DNA of 64,000 nt, from positions 89,466 to 153,465 of the forward strand of contig CAWDOY010000053.1 in assembly GCA_963803975.1 (NCBI GenBank). Reading direction: 5' to 3'. Positions 42,930-53,557 of this stretch are shown here, piece after piece. Position 1 is the first letter of the stretch, and the number at the start of each line of letters is the position of its first letter. Below the pieces are notes generated by a model. That model did not search any database and was not told the origin of the DNA. It saw only the letters and a program-made list of their open reading frames with translations. A program made the translations under genes and the position numbers. This DNA is from an uncultured delta proteobacterium (GTDB taxonomy: Bacteria; Desulfobacterota; WTBG01; CAIYCZ01).

Positions 42930-43688
42930 ATGCAAGTTAAACGTAAAATCATACAGATTGATGAAGAGCGCTGCAACGGCTGCGGGGAGTGCGTGCCGTC
43001 ATGCGCCGAAGGTGCCATCCAGATAGTGAATGGTAAAGCGCGCTTAATTTCTGATCAGTACTGCGACGGCCTCGGCGCTTGCCTGGGCGAATGTCCGCAA
43101 GATGCCCTGAAAATAGTGGAACGGGAGGCACCTGAGTTTGATGAGGAGGCGGTTGAGCAGCACCTGCACACCGCCGCCCGTCAAAACGAAAAACCCTCAG
43201 CACCTGTTCACGCAGGCTGCCCGTCGGCAGCAATGCGCAGTTTTGACCATGCAGGCAGAGGCCGGGATTCAGCCCAGCCTGCAGAAGGTGCCGGGCCGGC
43301 AGCATCAGAACTCACCAACTGGCCGGTGCAGATTAGGCTGGTGCCGCCGACAGCGCCGTTTTTGAAAAATGCAGACCTGCTGGTGGCGGCAGACTGCGTA
43401 CCGGTGGCATATCCCTCGTTTCATAAAGATTTTCTGCAGGGCAGGGTGGTGCTGCTCGGCTGCCCGAAGTTTGATGACGCGGACTCATATATTCAGAAAT
43501 TCACCCAGATTTTCAAGACCGCAAACGTCAAAAGCGTGACGGTGGTGGTAATGGAAGTGCCCTGCTGCCAGGGGCTGCCGGCGATGGTGAAAGAGGGCAT
43601 GGATGTGGCGGGAAAGCAGATCTCGATTGAAAAAGTTGTGGTAAGCGCAGAGGGTGAGATTTTTAAGCGGGTACCGCTTGCCGCGTGA
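42930..43688 (+). CDS. 4Fe-4S ferredoxin-domain protein typical of hcp loci
   Basis: CNGCGECVPSC, CDGLGACLGECP, NWPVQ, GCPKFD, MEVPCC. Confidence 0.88.
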   Translation: MQVKRKIIQIDEERCNGCGECVPSCAEGAIQIVNGKARLISDQYCDGLGACLGECPQDALKIVEREAPEFDEEAVEQHLHTAARQNEKPSAPVHAGCPSAAMRSFDHAGRGRDSAQPAEGAGPAASELTNWPVQIRLVPPTAPFLKNADLLVAADCVPVAYPSFHKDFLQGRVVLLGCPKFDDADSYIQKFTQIFKTANVKSVTVVVMEVPCCQGLPAMVKEGMDVAGKQISIEKVVVSAEGEIFKRVPLAA

Positions 43689-43914
43689 TATTGGCTTTTT
43701 GTATATCTGCGACAAAAGCGCCCCTTCCCTCTAATTCCCTTATTAACAAAAGCTCCCACCAGCATTCAACTGATAGAAGCTCTTCTCTTTTACTGCTCGA
43801 TTAATATAGGATGTCCCTGTAATCGCTAAAACGGTTTTCAACAAAAAAACATAAACCCAAACAATAGTTTTTACTTTGTTTGGGTTTTGTTTTATTATGA
43901 TTTAATAATCAATC

Positions 43915-45010
43915 ATGTTAGCCGCCAATCCCTTAAATCTATCTATGACTATAACGAAAGAATTTCTCCAGTCTCTTATAGACAGCATCCAGGACTCAAT
44001 AAAAATTGTCGACAAAGACCGCACGATTGTTTTTATTAATAAAGCTGCGGTGGAAACGGTGGGGAAAAAAATCACCGGAATTCTCGGCAGCAAATGCTAC
44101 CAGGAATTCTGGCACCGCGAAGGCCCCTGTCCCCATTGCATGATGGATGAAACGTTTACCAGCGGCCAGCCCCAGCGCGCCACGGTCAGGATCGAGAATC
44201 AGGGCGGGACCCCGGTAACCGTTGAATTAAACACCTACCCGGTAACCAATGGAGCGGGTGAAGTAATTCACGGTATCGAAATCCTGCACGATGTTTCAGA
44301 GCGTGAACAACTGCTGCATGAGCTGGTGCAGACACGGGCTCTGGCGCTGCTGGGAAAATATTGCGCAGAGCTGACCCATGAAATAAAAAACCCCCTCAAC
44401 TCAATCGCCATACAAATCCATCTGATGCAGCGGTTTGCAGACAAAGCGCCGGGAGAGCTCAAGAATGACATGCAGGATATCGTTCGTGTTCTGAAAGAAG
44501 AGGTGGACCGGCTCAACAATTTGAGCAAAGAGTATCTCCAGATCACCAAATCGCCGCCCCTGGAGATGAAAAAGAGTTCTGTGCAGGCATTGCTCGCCGA
44601 AGTCATTGAACTCGCTCAGCCGCTGCTGTCGCTTTCACAGATCACTCTGAACGTTAAACGGGGATGAGGGGGTGCCGGAAATTTATCTTGACCGGGATAA
44701 AATGAAACAGGTGTTTTTAAATATTATAAATAATGCTATAGATGCCATGCCCCAGGGGGGAACGCTGACCATCTCAACCAATACCAGAACTTCATCCGTT
44801 GTCATTTCTTTTGCGGATACGGGCACCGGACTCCCGGATGAGAGCGGCGACAAGGTGTTTCAGCCGTTTTATTCCACAAAAAGCAATGGCACCGGCCTTG
44901 GTCTGACGCTGGCAAAGAATATTGTTGAAGCGCATGGCGGCACTATCTCGATTGAAAGCAGGCAAGCCGGGGCCATGTTCCTTGTCGAAATACCGACAGT
45001 GATGAAGTAA
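43915..45010 (+). CDS. PAS-domain sensor histidine kinase (frameshift near 44665)
   Basis: PAS with C..CPHC; HEIKNPL; NIINNAIDAM, DTGTG, GTGLGL. Confidence 0.9.
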
Positions 45011-45026
45011 CGCAGAGACCCAACGC

Positions 45027-46388
45027 ATGGACAAACCGCATATTTTAGTCGTTGATGATGATAAAAACGCGCTGCAGGGATACTTGAAAGTCCTCAGCCA
45101 GGATGAGTTTTCAGTTGAGGGCGCGGCAACCGGTTATGAAGCGCTCAAGAAAATTGAGAAACAGTCCTTTGATATTGTTATATCTGATATCAGGATGCCG
45201 CAGCTTGACGGCCTCACGCTGCTGAGAGAAATCCAGAAGCGCGACCCTGATGTCACCGTGGTCCTGGTGACCGCCTTTGGCACCATCGACAGTGCTGTTG
45301 AGGCCATGAAGCTTGGTGCGGAGACGTACCTGACCAAGCCCATCAATGTTGAAGCCCTGGAAATTCTCATAAAGAAAATCTGGGAGAAAAAGAAGCTCTA
45401 CCGGCAGAACCGGGAGCTGAAACAGATACTCAGGGAGCGCTATAAATTCTCCTCCACCATAGGCAATACGCCGCAGATGCAGTCCCTGTTCAAGACCGTG
45501 GTGCACATTGCGCCCACTGATGCCTCGATACTTATCCAGGGTGAAACCGGCACCGGAAAAGAGCTGTTTGCCAACCTCATCCACTACAACAGCGACCGCT
45601 CGGATAAGCCGTTTATTGCCCTGCACTGTGCGGCGCTCTCCGAAGGATTGCTCGAGAGCGAGCTGTTTGGCCACGAGAAGGGGGCCTTCACCGGTGCCAT
45701 CCGGGAAAAACCGGGACGCTTTGCACTGGCCAATGGAGGCAGCTTATTCCTTGATGAGGTCGGGGAGATGAGCCAGAGCACCCAGGTAAAGCTTCTCCGG
45801 GTAATAGATACCGGCGAGTTCGAGCGCGTTGGCGGAGAGAAGACCTTCCGCGTTGACGTGAGGATTATTGCTGCCACCAATAAAAACCTCGAAGCCGAGG
45901 TAAAAAAGGGAAATTTCCGGGAAGACCTGCTCTATAGAATCAATGTAATTGTTTTAAACATTCCCCCGCTCAGGGAGCGTAAAGGGGACCTGCCGCTGCT
46001 GGCAGAGTATTTTTTGCAAAAGTATATTGAAAAAAACAGAAAACCCGTGCGTGAGCTTACCCCCAAGGCTGTGGCACTTCTCCAGGAATATGACTGGCCG
46101 GGAAATGTCCGGGAACTGGAGAATGTTATAGAGCGGGCCGTGATACTGAGTAAGGATGATGTAATTACACCGGCACTGCTCCCGGTGCATATCCGCACGG
46201 GTGAAGAAAGCGAGGAGCAGGCACTGCCAATCCTTACCATTCCTTTTGGTATTCCCATGAAAGAGTCGGAGAAGATAATCGTTCAGGAAACTCTGCGGCG
46301 CACGAAAGGAAACCGCACCCAGGCGGCAAAACTTCTGGGTATGAGCGTTCGCAAAATAGTTTACCTGTTAAAGGGGTGGAAAGAATAG
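45027..46388 (+). CDS. sigma54-dependent response regulator (NtrC/AtoC family)
   Basis: Receiver domain, GETGTGKE, GAFTGA, WPGNVRELEN, Fis-type HTH. Confidence 0.95.
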   Translation: MDKPHILVVDDDKNALQGYLKVLSQDEFSVEGAATGYEALKKIEKQSFDIVISDIRMPQLDGLTLLREIQKRDPDVTVVLVTAFGTIDSAVEAMKLGAETYLTKPINVEALEILIKKIWEKKKLYRQNRELKQILRERYKFSSTIGNTPQMQSLFKTVVHIAPTDASILIQGETGTGKELFANLIHYNSDRSDKPFIALHCAALSEGLLESELFGHEKGAFTGAIREKPGRFALANGGSLFLDEVGEMSQSTQVKLLRVIDTGEFERVGGEKTFRVDVRIIAATNKNLEAEVKKGNFREDLLYRINVIVLNIPPLRERKGDLPLLAEYFLQKYIEKNRKPVRELTPKAVALLQEYDWPGNVRELENVIERAVILSKDDVITPALLPVHIRTGEESEEQALPILTIPFGIPMKESEKIIVQETLRRTKGNRTQAAKLLGMSVRKIVYLLKGWKE

Positions 46389-46423
46389 CCGGACAGCTAT
46401 GCAAAATTTACCTGTTTTATTTT

Positions 46424-46441
46424 ATGGTTGCCCATAACCAT
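46424..46441. promoter_or_regulatory. candidate enhancer (UAS) palindrome
   Basis: ATGGTT-N6-AACCAT, ~130 bp upstream of a -24/-12 element. Confidence 0.4.
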
Positions 46442-46567
46442 GAAAAATTTTCTTTTGTTCTCTTGAACCACTCCCATAGAAGGTTCTCTCCTTTGTTGCT
46501 TCCTTGTAACACCCTGTATTAGCTTATAAAAAAAACAATTCCCCTAAAAAATAAACTGTGCCGGCGA

Positions 46568-46583
46568 TGGTATGCCTTTTGCC
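46568..46583 (+). promoter_or_regulatory. sigma54 (-24/-12) promoter of the sigma70 gene
   Basis: TGGTATGCCTTTTGCC, GG-N10-GC, ~30 bp before ATG 46615. Confidence 0.65.
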
Positions 46584-46614
46584 TCTTACTAAAAATAAAA
46601 AAAGAGGAGGCACT

Positions 46615-48027
46615 ATGGAGACAGCATATTTACCAGAAGAAGTGTTGCAGGTACAAAACATTGCCGTTGAAGAGAAAGATGAAATTTTTAGCTCAGAGGA
46701 GACAGGTGATGTCGAAGTGAGTGGTGAGATTGCTGAGAGTATTGATATTGCTGATAATAAAGGGCTCACTTCCAGAGATATTAATGTATTGTCATCCTAT
46801 CTCAAAGAGATGCGCACCAGCACGCTCATTAGTGCCCAGGAAGAGCTGTTGCTGGGAAAAGATGTCATGGACGAAGAAGGTAAAAAGCGTTCTTTGACCC
46901 AGCGATGGATGGTGCTGTTTTCCCACATGGTTAAAAAAAGTAACACTGAAAAACGCTATCCCGGGAAAAAGAAAGCATCAGAAAGTGAGATGGCTGAACT
47001 GGACAAAACACTACAGCTTTTCTTGCAGATAGTTTCACTTGATAAGGAGTATAAAAAGATTGAACGGCTGTTAAAACAGAGTGAACCGGGATCATATGAG
47101 CGGAAAAAGCTGGCCCGCAGAAAAGCTGATAATTTCACCGCTGCCGGAGAAATACTTGCCCGTATCAACCTGCTGCGGCTCCATGAAAAGGGGGTTATCA
47201 AGAAGCTGGAAAAGTATGTTTCAGTAGACCGAAAGAAGAAAAGACTTGCGGCAAAGGCAATGCAGGCTATCCTGCAGGAGCTGAAAGAGGGCGAGACACG
47301 AGCCAGGGAAGCGAAAGATAAGCTGGTGAGTGCCAACCTGCGGCTGGTGGTGGGGATTGCTAAAAAATATATTAACCGCGGCCTGCCGCTTGCTGATCTC
47401 ATTCAGGAGGGCAACATTGGTCTGATGCGGGCAGTAGAGAAGTTTGACTATCGGCTGGGCAACCGTCTCAGTACCTATGCCTGCTGGTGGATACGCCAAA
47501 CCATGCTGCGCTCAATAGACGAGCAGACCCGCACCATCCGGGTCCCGGTATATGTTAATGAGCGGATAAAAAAGATGATCAAGAGCTCTCAGCAGCTGGC
47601 TCAGCACAAGGGGAGCGAACCGGTATCAATGGAACTTGCTGCGAAAATGGGACTTCCTTACACCCAGGTGGACGAGATTATGCAGGTAGCAAAAGATACC
47701 ATCTCGCTGGAATCACCGCTGGGTGAAGATGACAGCTCGCTGCAGGATTACGTGTCCAATAACCTGGCACCCTCACCTCTGGATGATGTTCTGCACTTTC
47801 AGCTTTTTGAAGAGGCGGATGAAGCGCTGCACTATCTGAGCGAGCGGGAAGAAACCATTATCAGAATGCGCTATGGATTGGGCGTTGATAACGAGCATAC
47901 CCTGGCAGAGATCGGTGAAAAACTCGGGGTATCGCGGGAACGCATCAGGCAGATCGAAGTGTCCGCCCTGCGCAAGCTGCGGCGCTCGGAAAAGCTGCGG
48001 GAATTAAAGTTATTCCTGAGACAGTAA
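46615..48027 (+). CDS. RpoD/RpoS-like sigma70 factor (no region 1.1)
   Basis: [51 protein letters not shown] gaggagg. Confidence 0.92.
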   Translation: METAYLPEEVLQVQNIAVEEKDEIFSSEETGDVEVSGEIAESIDIADNKGLTSRDINVLSSYLKEMRTSTLISAQEELLLGKDVMDEEGKKRSLTQRWMVLFSHMVKKSNTEKRYPGKKKASESEMAELDKTLQLFLQIVSLDKEYKKIERLLKQSEPGSYERKKLARRKADNFTAAGEILARINLLRLHEKGVIKKLEKYVSVDRKKKRLAAKAMQAILQELKEGETRAREAKDKLVSANLRLVVGIAKKYINRGLPLADLIQEGNIGLMRAVEKFDYRLGNRLSTYACWWIRQTMLRSIDEQTRTIRVPVYVNERIKKMIKSSQQLAQHKGSEPVSMELAAKMGLPYTQVDEIMQVAKDTISLESPLGEDDSSLQDYVSNNLAPSPLDDVLHFQLFEEADEALHYLSEREETIIRMRYGLGVDNEHTLAEIGEKLGVSRERIRQIEVSALRKLRRSEKLRELKLFLRQ

Positions 48028-48071
48028 AAAAATAGAAAACAGCGACGGCGTTGTGTAGCAAAGAACTGAAC

Positions 48072-48108
48072 AAAAAACCCCGGCACCTGAAAAGGGCCGG
48101 GGTTTTTT
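48072..48108. terminator. bidirectional intrinsic terminator
   Basis: aaaaaaccccggc...gccggggtttttt between convergent genes. Confidence 0.85.
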
Positions 48109-48128
48109 ATCTGCTCTCGGTCAATCAA

Positions 48129-48428
48129 TTAATAATCCCACATATTACCTTCGGTACTCGGGAGAAGTTTATTTATCTCATCCATCTTTTTCATCATCCG
48201 GTCTGCTTCCTGATTCGTGATTTTCTTCCCGCCCTTCAGTTCTGCCTTGGTATTCACCAGCTTGGCTTTGAATGCATCGAGTGATGCGATAAGATTGTCA
48301 ATCTTTGTCTGGCACTCCCCCAGTTTTTTGGGGTTGCAGAAATCCCCCTCTGATACTGCTTGTACCGCAAGGGGCGCACCGACTGACAGTACAAATGCAA
48401 TAAGTACTAATAGAGCCATTTTTTTCAT
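48129..48428 (-). CDS. hypothetical secreted helical protein
   Basis: RBS aggagg; signal peptide MKKMALLV...VQA. Confidence 0.7.
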   Translation of the reverse strand: MKKMALLVLIAFVLSVGAPLAVQAVSEGDFCNPKKLGECQTKIDNLIASLDAFKAKLVNTKAELKGGKKITNQEADRMMKKMDEINKLLPSTEGNMWDY

Positions 48429-48532
48429 ACGAGTCCTCCTTTTGTGTTTAATTAATGTCAGTACAGTTAGAATATTATCAGACAAAAATCAAGGGGTTTA
48501 TCTGAAAAAGCGAATTTATTAATGAGCCCGCG

Positions 48533-49018
48533 TCATTTGAGCGCTTTAACATCCTTCTCCAGCACACTGTACGGCTGATAACCGATATATTTTTTTACCA
48601 CGTTTTTGTCTTTGTTAATGAGATATATCGTAGGAAGCATTACAACCCCATATTGTTTGGCGATTTCCCGGTTGCCCACCAGATAGGGAAACCTCATCTT
48701 GGTTTCGGCGGCAAAGCTTTTCATGGCCTGCTTATCAGGCTCGCTGTCGATATCAATTTTAAATATCATGAGACCTGATGATTTGTAGTCTTCATAGAGT
48801 TTAACAAGATCGGGAACCATTTCCTTGCAGGGTTTACAATAGCGCGAGCCAAATTCAAGAATAAACATTTTATAACCACACTGACCGAGGGTGACGGTGT
48901 TGCCGTCTATTATATTTTCCAGGGAAAAGTCAATAGCCTTCGTGGCACCTCCGGGAAGAAAGCCAGCTGCACTGGTACTCAGTAGATGGTTCAATACCAG
49001 CACTGACAGCAGAAGCAC
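48533..49018 (-). CDS. TlpA/ResA-like thiol-disulfide oxidoreductase (start uncertain)
   Basis: YCKPCKEMVPDL, YGVVMLPTIYLI. Confidence 0.85.
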   Translation of the reverse strand: MLLLSVLVLNHLLSTSAAGFLPGGATKAIDFSLENIIDGNTVTLGQCGYKMFILEFGSRYCKPCKEMVPDLVKLYEDYKSSGLMIFKIDIDSEPDKQAMKSFAAETKMRFPYLVGNREIAKQYGVVMLPTIYLINKDKNVVKKYIGYQPYSVLEKDVKALK

Positions 49019-49428
49019 TACCTGCCGGAAGCGTACGATTTTTATTATCTGTCATCTATCATGTCTCCTTTGGTATAGTTACAAAACACGCCCTGTATTC
49101 AAAAATCATATACTCAAACGTGGAGGGTGCTGCTCATCCGGCGGGGTTGTGAAAATGGGCTTGTTCGTTTGCGACCCTGTATTTAAATATAACAAAATTA
49201 TCCTGGTATTGCAAATTATTCTCCGGACTTTTAATTTTAAACTGTTGAAAAAAATGCTATTGCAGTATGCATACATTATCTGCTACATAAGATAATCAAA
49301 CAGTTTGCAGCACAGGCGCTGCTGTTTGCCCTGGAACTCACCTGCTGTCAGCGCCCGAGAGGATACTGTTATGGCCCTCTGAGGCGGGACGGTCATAATG
49401 CTAAATCAGTTTAAAAAGGAGGACATCT

Positions 49429-49806
49429 ATGGCACAATTAAAAGAAGTGTATAAATGCGAGATATGCGGCAATATTATTGAAGTGCTGCATGCGGGGGGA
49501 GGCAAATTTATCTGCTGCGGGAAAGAGATGAAGGTTATGAAGGAAAACAGTGTTGATGCGGCAGTGGAAAAGCATGTGCCGGTTATTGAGCAGAAAGGAT
49601 CAACCGTTACGGTTAAGGTCGGCAGCGTCGAGCATCCCATGGAAGAAAAGCACTATATTGAATTTATTGAGATTATGACAGATGCAAAAATTTACCGGCA
49701 GTATTTAAAACCCGGAGAAAAACCTGTTGCCACTTTTTCGATTGAAGGGAAGGTTGCCGGAGCCAGGGAATACTGTAATCTGCACGGACTGTGGAAGAAT
49801 AATTAA
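49429..49806 (+). CDS. dfx: desulfoferrodoxin (superoxide reductase)
   Basis: [29 protein letters not shown]. Confidence 0.95.
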   Translation: MAQLKEVYKCEICGNIIEVLHAGGGKFICCGKEMKVMKENSVDAAVEKHVPVIEQKGSTVTVKVGSVEHPMEEKHYIEFIEIMTDAKIYRQYLKPGEKPVATFSIEGKVAGAREYCNLHGLWKNN

Positions 49807-49861
49807 GAGTGGCGACGCTGAGAGAGAAGTTTTAATTATCCATACGTAAAGGAGTGTATTA

Positions 49862-50023
49862 GTGGAAAAATATGAATGCACAATCTGCGGTTATGTATAT
49901 GACCCTGCAGCAGGTGATCCCGAACGCGGTATAAAACCGGGGACGCCGTTCGCAGAGCTGCCTGATGACTGGGTTTGTCCTTTATGCGGCGCGGCCAAGG
50001 ATATGTTTGAAAAGGCCGCATAA
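49862..50023 (+). CDS. rub: rubredoxin (53 aa, below the ORF-track cutoff)
   Basis: GTG start; [33 protein letters not shown]. Confidence 0.93.
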   Translation: MEKYECTICGYVYDPAAGDPERGIKPGTPFAELPDDWVCPLCGAAKDMFEKAA

Positions 50024-50072
50024 TACGTTAAAATTATTGCTTCGTTCAGCTTCTCAGGTATACATTCCCATT

Positions 50073-50125
50073 GGGGCATTTGAAGATACATCGGTGTATC
50101 TTCAGTGCCCCCTTCTGTTTTTTTT
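50073..50125 (+). terminator. intrinsic terminator after rubredoxin
   Basis: ggggca..tgaagataca/tgtatcttca..tgcccc followed by a T run. Confidence 0.7.
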
Positions 50126-50185
50126 GACTGAAACAGCTATCGATTAAGATACTGTTTCATATTCCGCTCAAGCAGGAAGGGTGAG

Positions 50186-51100
50186 ATGGACACATCCCCG
50201 GAATACCCTGTATTTAAAGAGATTAGCCTTGAAGATGCATCGTTTTTTAATGAGGTGTTCAGGGAATACCCTCTGGGGATTTCTGAACTTACCTTCACCA
50301 ACCTGTTTATGTGGAGAAACTATTACCGGTTTATCTGGACCCTGTGGGATGGTTTTTTGTGCATCATGGCCCATCACCCCCGGTATCAGCCGTTCTTTCT
50401 GCCGCCAGTCGGGGATACGACCACCCAGCTAAAGAAACAGATCAGGGCCTGCATCATGCATCTGCGCGGCCTGGGTTTTAACGGAGCCGTGCAGCGGGTA
50501 CCGGAAGCGCTTGTTGCACAGCACTTCTGCAGTGACCATGAGTTTGAAGCAGTCCTGGATCGCGACAACGCTGATTACGTCTATCTTTGTGAAGACCTTA
50601 TAAAACTGCCGGGCAACAGATACCACCGGAAAAAAAATCAAATCAGTCATTTTAAAAAGAGCTATACCTTCCAGTACCATGCCCTGACTCCGGAACTGGT
50701 ACCCCAGTGCCTTGCCCTTGAAACCCACTGGTGTGATTTAAAACACTGTGATCTGGTGCCGAGCCTGAGCGGTGAAGAAAAGGCGATTCATGAGGCACTG
50801 GCCAATATTGGCAGCCTTACGTTCAAAGGCGGCACCATTGTTATGGACGGAACGATTGAAGCGTTCACCCTCGGCGAGGCACTCAGTCAGGATACTGCCG
50901 TCATCCATGTAGAAAAAGCAAATCCGGCTTTTGAAGGGCTCTATCAGGTCCTCAACCAGATGTTCATGGAGCATGCGTGTGCATCATTTACCTATGTCAA
51001 CCGGGAGCAGGACCTCGGCGAAGAAGGCCTGCGGCAGGCCAAGCAGTCGTATCTGCCCCATCATCTTATTAATAAATATACCCTTAGACTTAAACCTTGA
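50186..51100 (+). CDS. DUF2156 / lysyl-PG synthase C-terminal-like protein
   Basis: SELTFTNLFMW, DYVY, HVEKA, NREQDLG.EGLRQAK.SY.P. Confidence 0.85.
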   Translation: MDTSPEYPVFKEISLEDASFFNEVFREYPLGISELTFTNLFMWRNYYRFIWTLWDGFLCIMAHHPRYQPFFLPPVGDTTTQLKKQIRACIMHLRGLGFNGAVQRVPEALVAQHFCSDHEFEAVLDRDNADYVYLCEDLIKLPGNRYHRKKNQISHFKKSYTFQYHALTPELVPQCLALETHWCDLKHCDLVPSLSGEEKAIHEALANIGSLTFKGGTIVMDGTIEAFTLGEALSQDTAVIHVEKANPAFEGLYQVLNQMFMEHACASFTYVNREQDLGEEGLRQAKQSYLPHHLINKYTLRLKP

Positions 51101-51195
51101 GGAGTGCTATATAAAAATATAAACAGCCGGGGCTGTAGCGGCGGCACCAAAACAACAAACCTAACCTATCAGTGAAACAGCGTAAGGAGGGTCAC

Positions 51196-51582
51196 ATGAA
51201 ACGAATAATTTTTGTCATAGTTGTGCTCAGCATGGTGTCAGTTCTGTGCCTGGGAGCAGTGTATGCCGCAGAAGAACAGCAATTAAAAACGCAAATTGTG
51301 AGAATTAACGGGTATGCGGGCGTCGAGCCGCTCAATCTTCTTATAGAGCCCGGCACCGTGGTCGTATGGCTTAATCAATATAAAATTTCTCCGGTTGAAG
51401 TTATGTTTCCGGATAAAAAGGTTACCATGGCATGCCAGAGCCCGGTTAATTTTAGTATCAGCAAAGAAGGCACCTATGTTTCAAATTCAATTCCCTATGG
51501 TGGTGTGGCAAGCCTCTGTTTCATTGAGCAGGGCACCTTTAAATATATAATTGAAAGGGCACGACATCAGGTGGAAGATTAG
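51196..51582 (+). CDS. secreted cupredoxin-fold-like protein (3' end probably frameshifted)
   Basis: Signal peptide; P..L.I.PGTVVVWLN, F...GTF.Y. Confidence 0.55.
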   Translation: MKRIIFVIVVLSMVSVLCLGAVYAAEEQQLKTQIVRINGYAGVEPLNLLIEPGTVVVWLNQYKISPVEVMFPDKKVTMACQSPVNFSISKEGTYVSNSIPYGGVASLCFIEQGTFKYIIERARHQVED

Positions 51583-51764
51583 TTTCAGTAGGGGGAATCC
51601 GTTCCGTTTCGAGGGACAAATAGTTGTAAAAGCAAAGTAGCGTATCATTCCTGATCATAGTGCGGCGTGCGGCGTGCGGAACATATTCTGTAAGATGTCC
51701 TGCTGCGCACCCCGCATTTTGTTTATGCACAGGGAGCGGTATCTTCCTTTAGAATGGAGTAGCT

Positions 51765-53489
51765 ATGGCAAAAAAAACAGGTAACAGTGCGGCGGGTATT
51801 TTTCTGGTCAGTGTGCTGCTGTGTTTGGCCTCAGGGTCCCGGGCATTTTCGCTGCAGGTCGGAGAGCCGTTCCCGGAATTTACCATGACCAACACCCTTG
51901 CCCCTGATGAACTCGTTGCTTTAAAGGCAAAAGCAGGGAAAGAAATTGCGCTCAAGGATATTGGCTATAAAATTATCCTCATTGAATTTCTCAATGTATA
52001 TTGCCACACCTGCCGCGGGCAGGTGCCGATCTTTAACGATCTCTACGCTGCAATAAAAAAAGACCCGGTGCTGTCAAAGAGCGTCTGCATGCTGGGCATC
52101 GCGGTCGGGAACTCTCTGGAGGAGGTCAACGAGTTCAAAAAGATCTACGGCGCTGTGTATCCCATACTCCCCGACACGCAAAAGGCTGTCTTCAACATGA
52201 CCGGAAATATCCATGGTACTCCCCAGACCTACATCCTCTCGGGCGACAACAATGAGCGGTTTATCATAGACTATCATGCCGGGGCTGTCTCCACCCCTGA
52301 GCCGTATCTGAGAACACTGCAGTCAGCGCTGCGTGGCGAGATAACCGGGACTGAACCGGGCAATAAAGTCCCGCCCTACTCCTTTTCCTGTAAGGATACA
52401 CGCTACAGCGAGAAAGATTTTATCGGCAAAAAGGTGCTCCTGTATTTTCCCGCGCGAAAAAAATATGATCTTCCCAGCGACACGCGCAGTCCTCTGGCTC
52501 AGATAGAGATTCTGTCCCGGGCAGCTGTTGATTTCCCTGACGTCCAGTTCATTATTTTCCCGAGCCCTGAATTCTCTACAGCAGTGCGGGATACCATGAA
52601 ATATTCCAATGTGTATTTTCCTGAAACACCCGATAGCCAGCTCTACCGGGTGTTTGCCGCGACTGAAGAGCCGAGCATCTATTATGTCAATCAGTACGGG
52701 CGTATATCATTTGCCGGGCCCAGTATCACGCTCCTTAATGCTCAGGAGATAGTCAAGGGGAAGGTGTATACAACAGCGCCGCCACTGAGCAGCGCAGAAA
52801 TTATTAAGCTCATTGAAAAGGAAATCACCGCGCTTGGGGAACCGATTGTCAGTACCGAGCAGGTATCACTGGAAAATGGCGTTGACCTGTATGTTACCAT
52901 GCTTGCCCCGCGCACCCGGGGCGCCTATCTATTCTCCAGAGTGGAAAGCAGAATGAGCGTCTGCGATGTCTGTCATGACAGCCATTTCATCTATATCTTC
53001 GATCAAGAGGGCATCATAAGATCCTTCATACCGATTGCCATCACCAAGTGGGGTAATGTCCCCTGGACACCGGCAGACATTCAGAAGATGAAACGCGGTC
53101 TTGTCGGCAAAAGCATTTTCTCGCCGTTCACCTTTAATCCCAAGGTGGATGCCGTTTCCACTGCCACTATGAGCTCAAGCCTCATTTTTGAGGCGCTGCG
53201 CCAGGCAAAGACGAATTTTGCAGATTTGAAAAACTATCAGTTCCGGAAAGAGCACTGGGAGGCCATCTGTTTTCATACTATGTGCATTATCAAGGATGCG
53301 ATGGAGCAGATGAAAAAGGCGGGCATGAACCCGATCATACAGGGCACGGCAATCAATTTCGAAGGCATGAAAAAATACCTGCCACAGGGAGCCATCCCCA
53401 TCTGTCCGCTGGCCGGAAACTATCTGCCCATGGGTGATACTATCCTCTGCTCAGCGCATGGCATCAATATGAAGGGATGTGGAAAATAG
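51765..53489 (+). CDS. secreted multidomain redoxin / FMN-binding-like protein
   Basis: Signal peptide; YCHTC thioredoxin-like site; CDVCHD; VDAVSTAT; terminal CP..G.Y...CSAHG. Confidence 0.7.
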   Translation: MAKKTGNSAAGIFLVSVLLCLASGSRAFSLQVGEPFPEFTMTNTLAPDELVALKAKAGKEIALKDIGYKIILIEFLNVYCHTCRGQVPIFNDLYAAIKKDPVLSKSVCMLGIAVGNSLEEVNEFKKIYGAVYPILPDTQKAVFNMTGNIHGTPQTYILSGDNNERFIIDYHAGAVSTPEPYLRTLQSALRGEITGTEPGNKVPPYSFSCKDTRYSEKDFIGKKVLLYFPARKKYDLPSDTRSPLAQIEILSRAAVDFPDVQFIIFPSPEFSTAVRDTMKYSNVYFPETPDSQLYRVFAATEEPSIYYVNQYGRISFAGPSITLLNAQEIVKGKVYTTAPPLSSAEIIKLIEKEITALGEPIVSTEQVSLENGVDLYVTMLAPRTRGAYLFSRVESRMSVCDVCHDSHFIYIFDQEGIIRSFIPIAITKWGNVPWTPADIQKMKRGLVGKSIFSPFTFNPKVDAVSTATMSSSLIFEALRQAKTNFADLKNYQFRKEHWEAICFHTMCIIKDAMEQMKKAGMNPIIQGTAINFEGMKKYLPQGAIPICPLAGNYLPMGDTILCSAHGINMKGCGK

Positions 53490-53557
53490 GGGCTCGTGAC
53501 TGGTGATTCGTGACACGGGTCGCACGCGACGAGCCACGGGCAACGGGAAACGCGGGT

